Below, in pieces: positions 59,931 through 64,000 of a DNA stretch of 64,000 nt. Every line of letters starts with the position of its first letter. Within the stretch, counting starts at the first letter, position 1. Position numbers and translations under genes: made by a program. The notes beneath the pieces are model-generated. The model saw nothing but the letters and a program-made list of their open reading frames with translations, searched no databases and had not been told where the DNA came from. The stretch lies in the NCBI GenBank assembly GCA_964016885.1, contig OZ024743.1, forward strand, positions 277,698,001-277,762,000, written 5' to 3'. The DNA comes from Eledone cirrhosa (lineage: Eukaryota).

Positions 59931-60538
59931 CACATTTAAAGAGAAAAATTTGCAGCGAGGAAAAAATAATGGGCAGCACAGATGCGATATAAGTTATGAT
60001 GCTTTATGAAATTCTATATATTGCCTTTTGTGTATGTAAACATATCTTCATGCTGTGAAGATTTATTTGGTTTGGTTGGAAAAATGGAAGTTCAATGAGA
60101 GAGAGTACAACTGGACAATCACGTTTTTGATTTTTATTAGACACTACTCGGGGCTACAATTACTGACTCCAATCTTCTCAAATTTATGCGTACACATATA
60201 AAAAAAACCCATGTAACTTTGCCGATTATAATAATAATTTGTGAAAATAAGTAATTGAATTTAAATTTACGTTATATCACGCATAGGTTATAATGCATTT
60301 TATGCATCTGAAAAGGTATATTCCAGTAGTGAAGCTTCTTCGATTATTAATATAACTATAAGTTGCACGGCGCTACATTACAGTACATTGCAATACCTCA
60401 AGTCATCAATATATCGTTATTTCAGCTATATCTGTCTGCTGTTGATCAAAGATCTGTTGACCGGAATCAAGGCTAATCTTAGATTAACGGATGAATCTAA
60501 GTATATAGATTCGTGCACTCACACACATAAACACAATG

Positions 60539-60637
<99 letters not shown>

Positions 60638-61035
60638 GTAGATATATATAAACAAAGTTATCTTGACTATCGAGTTTGAAACGTGAGTGTATTAAAATTC
60701 GTAGAATAATGGGAAAGACTCAATGCAAGGAAGCTGTTAAAACAGCGACTAGAAGTGTGCTGGCCCACAGAAGTGATAGGGGCAAAGGAGAAAAGGAATA
60801 AAATGGACGAGAAGACATCACAAACATTTAACTACTCTCATCAGCTTTCAGACCGCCTGTGGTTTCGATGATTTAACTAAAATGACCACGTAAGATAGAC
60901 AGCTCGTAACAACAGAGAAACAAATATCTCCGTTGGTATAATGTTTCTGTGAAGAATGAATAGTTTAGCTAACAGACAAACAGGTGAGTGAAAGAGAGAG
61001 AGAGAGAGAGGGGGAGAGAGAAAGAGGGAGTGAGT

Positions 61036-61103
<68 letters not shown>

Positions 61104-61237
61104 AAGAATAATGAGTTTTTCTACTCACATGGCTTAAGAGGCTGTTTGCATGATTGCAAACGAATCGAATATTATTATTAATATTCGAAAAACTCAGATT
61201 TACATTTCTTGTATATAGCGATGTAGAGCAATAAAAC

Positions 61238-61351
<114 letters not shown>

Positions 61352-61448
61352 AATATATATGTAGAAGTTATATTTAATTTATTGGGATATAACAAGCAAA
61401 TATTTTTATAACTGATATAAAGCACTCAACAAAATGTTTGGAGTAAAA

Positions 61449-61924
<476 letters not shown>

Positions 61925-62055
61925 TAAATATGTTTTGAAACAGTGAGCAGGTTTGAAATTAGAAAATAGAATAGCTTTCACCGTATTTTTTACTAAAGAA
62001 ATTTCTTTAGCCTGATAATGGGGTTTAGAACCCTCAGATAAATGGAAAAAGATGA

Positions 62056-62115
<60 letters not shown>

Positions 62116-62181
62116 GTGACGTTTTTTTACAAAATGAAAAATAGCAGACGTGTCCTACACGAGTGAAAGTATAAAGCAAAA

Positions 62182-62318
62182 AAGATGAAATCGAAAATGC
62201 AACTGGAGTTTTATTAAAAAAAATATATATATATTTATTTGGAAACCGGTAAAGGAACCAAATAAATATATATATTTTTTTTTAAATAAGACTCCAGTTG
62301 CATTTTCGATTTCATCTT
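62182..62318. repeat. Inverted repeat (~60-bp arms)
   Basis: AAGATGAAATCGAAAATGCAACTGGAGT...TATTTGG / CCAAATA...ACTCCAGTTGCATTTTCGATTTCATCTT. Confidence 0.88.
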
Positions 62319-62324
62319 GTTTTC

Positions 62325-62356
<32 letters not shown>

Positions 62357-62549
62357 TATATGTAGAATTGTACCTATTATTCTTTTCAGAGAAAGATTAT
62401 TTTGCTCTTAATAATGTCACAAAAGGGATAATATAGGCTACATATTCAGGGCTAATTTAGGCTTTAACAATTCGAAGATGTTATAAACACATCGATGGCC
62501 ATCATAAAGCCTTTACTTATACCATAGAGGGGGCAGAGTACTCAAATTC

Positions 62550-62800
62550 TTCTTCTAGCGGGTCCTGTCAAAAGCAACCGTCTCCAACTGATCCGGCTGG
62601 ATCCCCAAGCGACACTGGTGAAGCTCATGGATGTTATTCAAACATCTTGCTCGAGTCTACCCCTGGGTCTCCTGCCTTTTGGTTTTGCCCATAAAATCCG
62701 GCCAGCATTTCTTTCCTAAGACATTCTAACCACATGCCGATAGTATCGGGGCTGTGATCTCTCAAATCGGAGAAGTAGTGGCTCTATCTGGAGTGACTCT
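62550..62800 (-). pseudogene. RTE-clade (Rex3/Expander-like) ORF C-terminal remnant
   Basis: Minus strand reads ESLQIEPLLLRFERSQPRYYRHVVRMS*...KGRRPRGR. Confidence 0.65.
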
Positions 62801-63436
62801 CTCTATGAAACTTGTTATATAACAAGCAGAGTCAACATCAGCTCGGAAAGTAAAACAAGATGTAAAAAAGCAGAGGAAAGAAAATTGATGTATTAAAGAA
62901 ATGATGAAGGATACCCGCGAGGTTGGGTGCTGTTGCAGCGGGTGTCACTGGCCACAGTACGCAGCCCCGTACTGCCCACTCTAGGCCGAGAGCCCATCAC
63001 CCTCCCCACTCTTCTGCGACACTAGAGCCCTTGCCTTTCGCTCCCTTTTCAATTTCAAAATATAATTTCTTATTTTACATTTCATTCTTTTTTCTCAATC
63101 TATTCTTTTATCTTTTTCTATTAAATTGGTTTTAATTATATATTTCTATATATATGATTTAATAATCTGTCACTTAAATAAAGACCTAACCATATTAATG
63201 AGTAATGTTCTCATACAGCATGGAGATTTTATTGCTCCAACCTTATAACTCACTTTATAATTCACTTCGTTTATTAGTAAAACTTTAACATTTTGTATTG
63301 AAGGAAATGTTTCCAGATGAATTGTTAAAAGTACTAAGTTATTATAAAGTCCAACTCGAACGTAGGCGGGTATGTATGTGTTAGTATGCAGATATAAATG
63401 CACACTCACTCACACAAACACAAACACACACGTACG

Positions 63437-63471
<35 letters not shown>

Positions 63472-63544
63472 GCACAAACACACACACAAATTCACGCGCA
63501 TCTTTCCCTCTCTCACTCTGTCTCTCTCTTTCTCTCTCTCTCTC

Positions 63545-63596
<52 letters not shown>

Positions 63597-63769
63597 CAAT
63601 AAAAAGAAATACACAAGATACATGCGAATACATACATATACATGCAGATACACACATATATCCTTGAATTTGTGTGGTGCCAAAAAACTGAGCAGTCGAG
63701 GATGTCGAAGAATATTGGTTATATATATTTTTTTTATTTATGTCTAATGTTTCTTCTTTGTTTATAATG

Positions 63770-63829
<60 letters not shown>

Positions 63830-63911
63830 CGACGGAAGTGTGGTAAGGAACCAGGTGGACCATAACACACCATAGTACCCAATACTTTGGGTAGTAGAGT
63901 GGGTAATACGA

Positions 63912-64000
63912 AAATGTTCAAGACCCCGACGGCAGAGCTCAAGCATTTTCAACGGGTATTTCAGTCCAGAAATAGCCAGCCGTCGGGATCTTGAACATTT
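63912..64000. repeat. Inverted repeat running to the window edge
   Basis: AAATGTTCAAGACCCCGACGGC ... GCCGTCGGGATCTTGAACATTT. Confidence 0.8.

Overview
Eukaryotic, microsatellite-rich, AT-rich genomic DNA. The SINE family and repeat landscape suggest an octopus or other cephalopod, but that is an inference. No confident host gene is present; almost all coding sequence belongs to retroelements. The dominant structure (6.9-36.4 kb) is a stack of non-LTR retrotransposons separated only by short (ATT)n tracts. Two-ORF Tx1/L1-clade elements (APE+RT) and a tRNA-derived SINE lie on the + strand, and single-ORF R4/Dong-like elements (RT + restriction-like endonuclease) lie on the - strand. Two unrelated endonuclease systems therefore appear to use the same microsatellite in opposite orientations. 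Two Tx1 copies (7087-12916 and 26212-32240) have both ORFs intact. Further right are two Penelope-like elements (RT + GIY-YIG) sitting in (TA)n: one has ~675-bp direct pseudo-LTRs and the other a 681-bp-arm palindrome. Also present are several minimal hammerhead-ribozyme motifs, short RTE-derived elements stacked in (TACA)n, a decayed third Tx1 family with an embedded Dong fragment, a mariner relic and several fold-back palindromes. Most short ORFs in the track are microsatellite or antisense artefacts.
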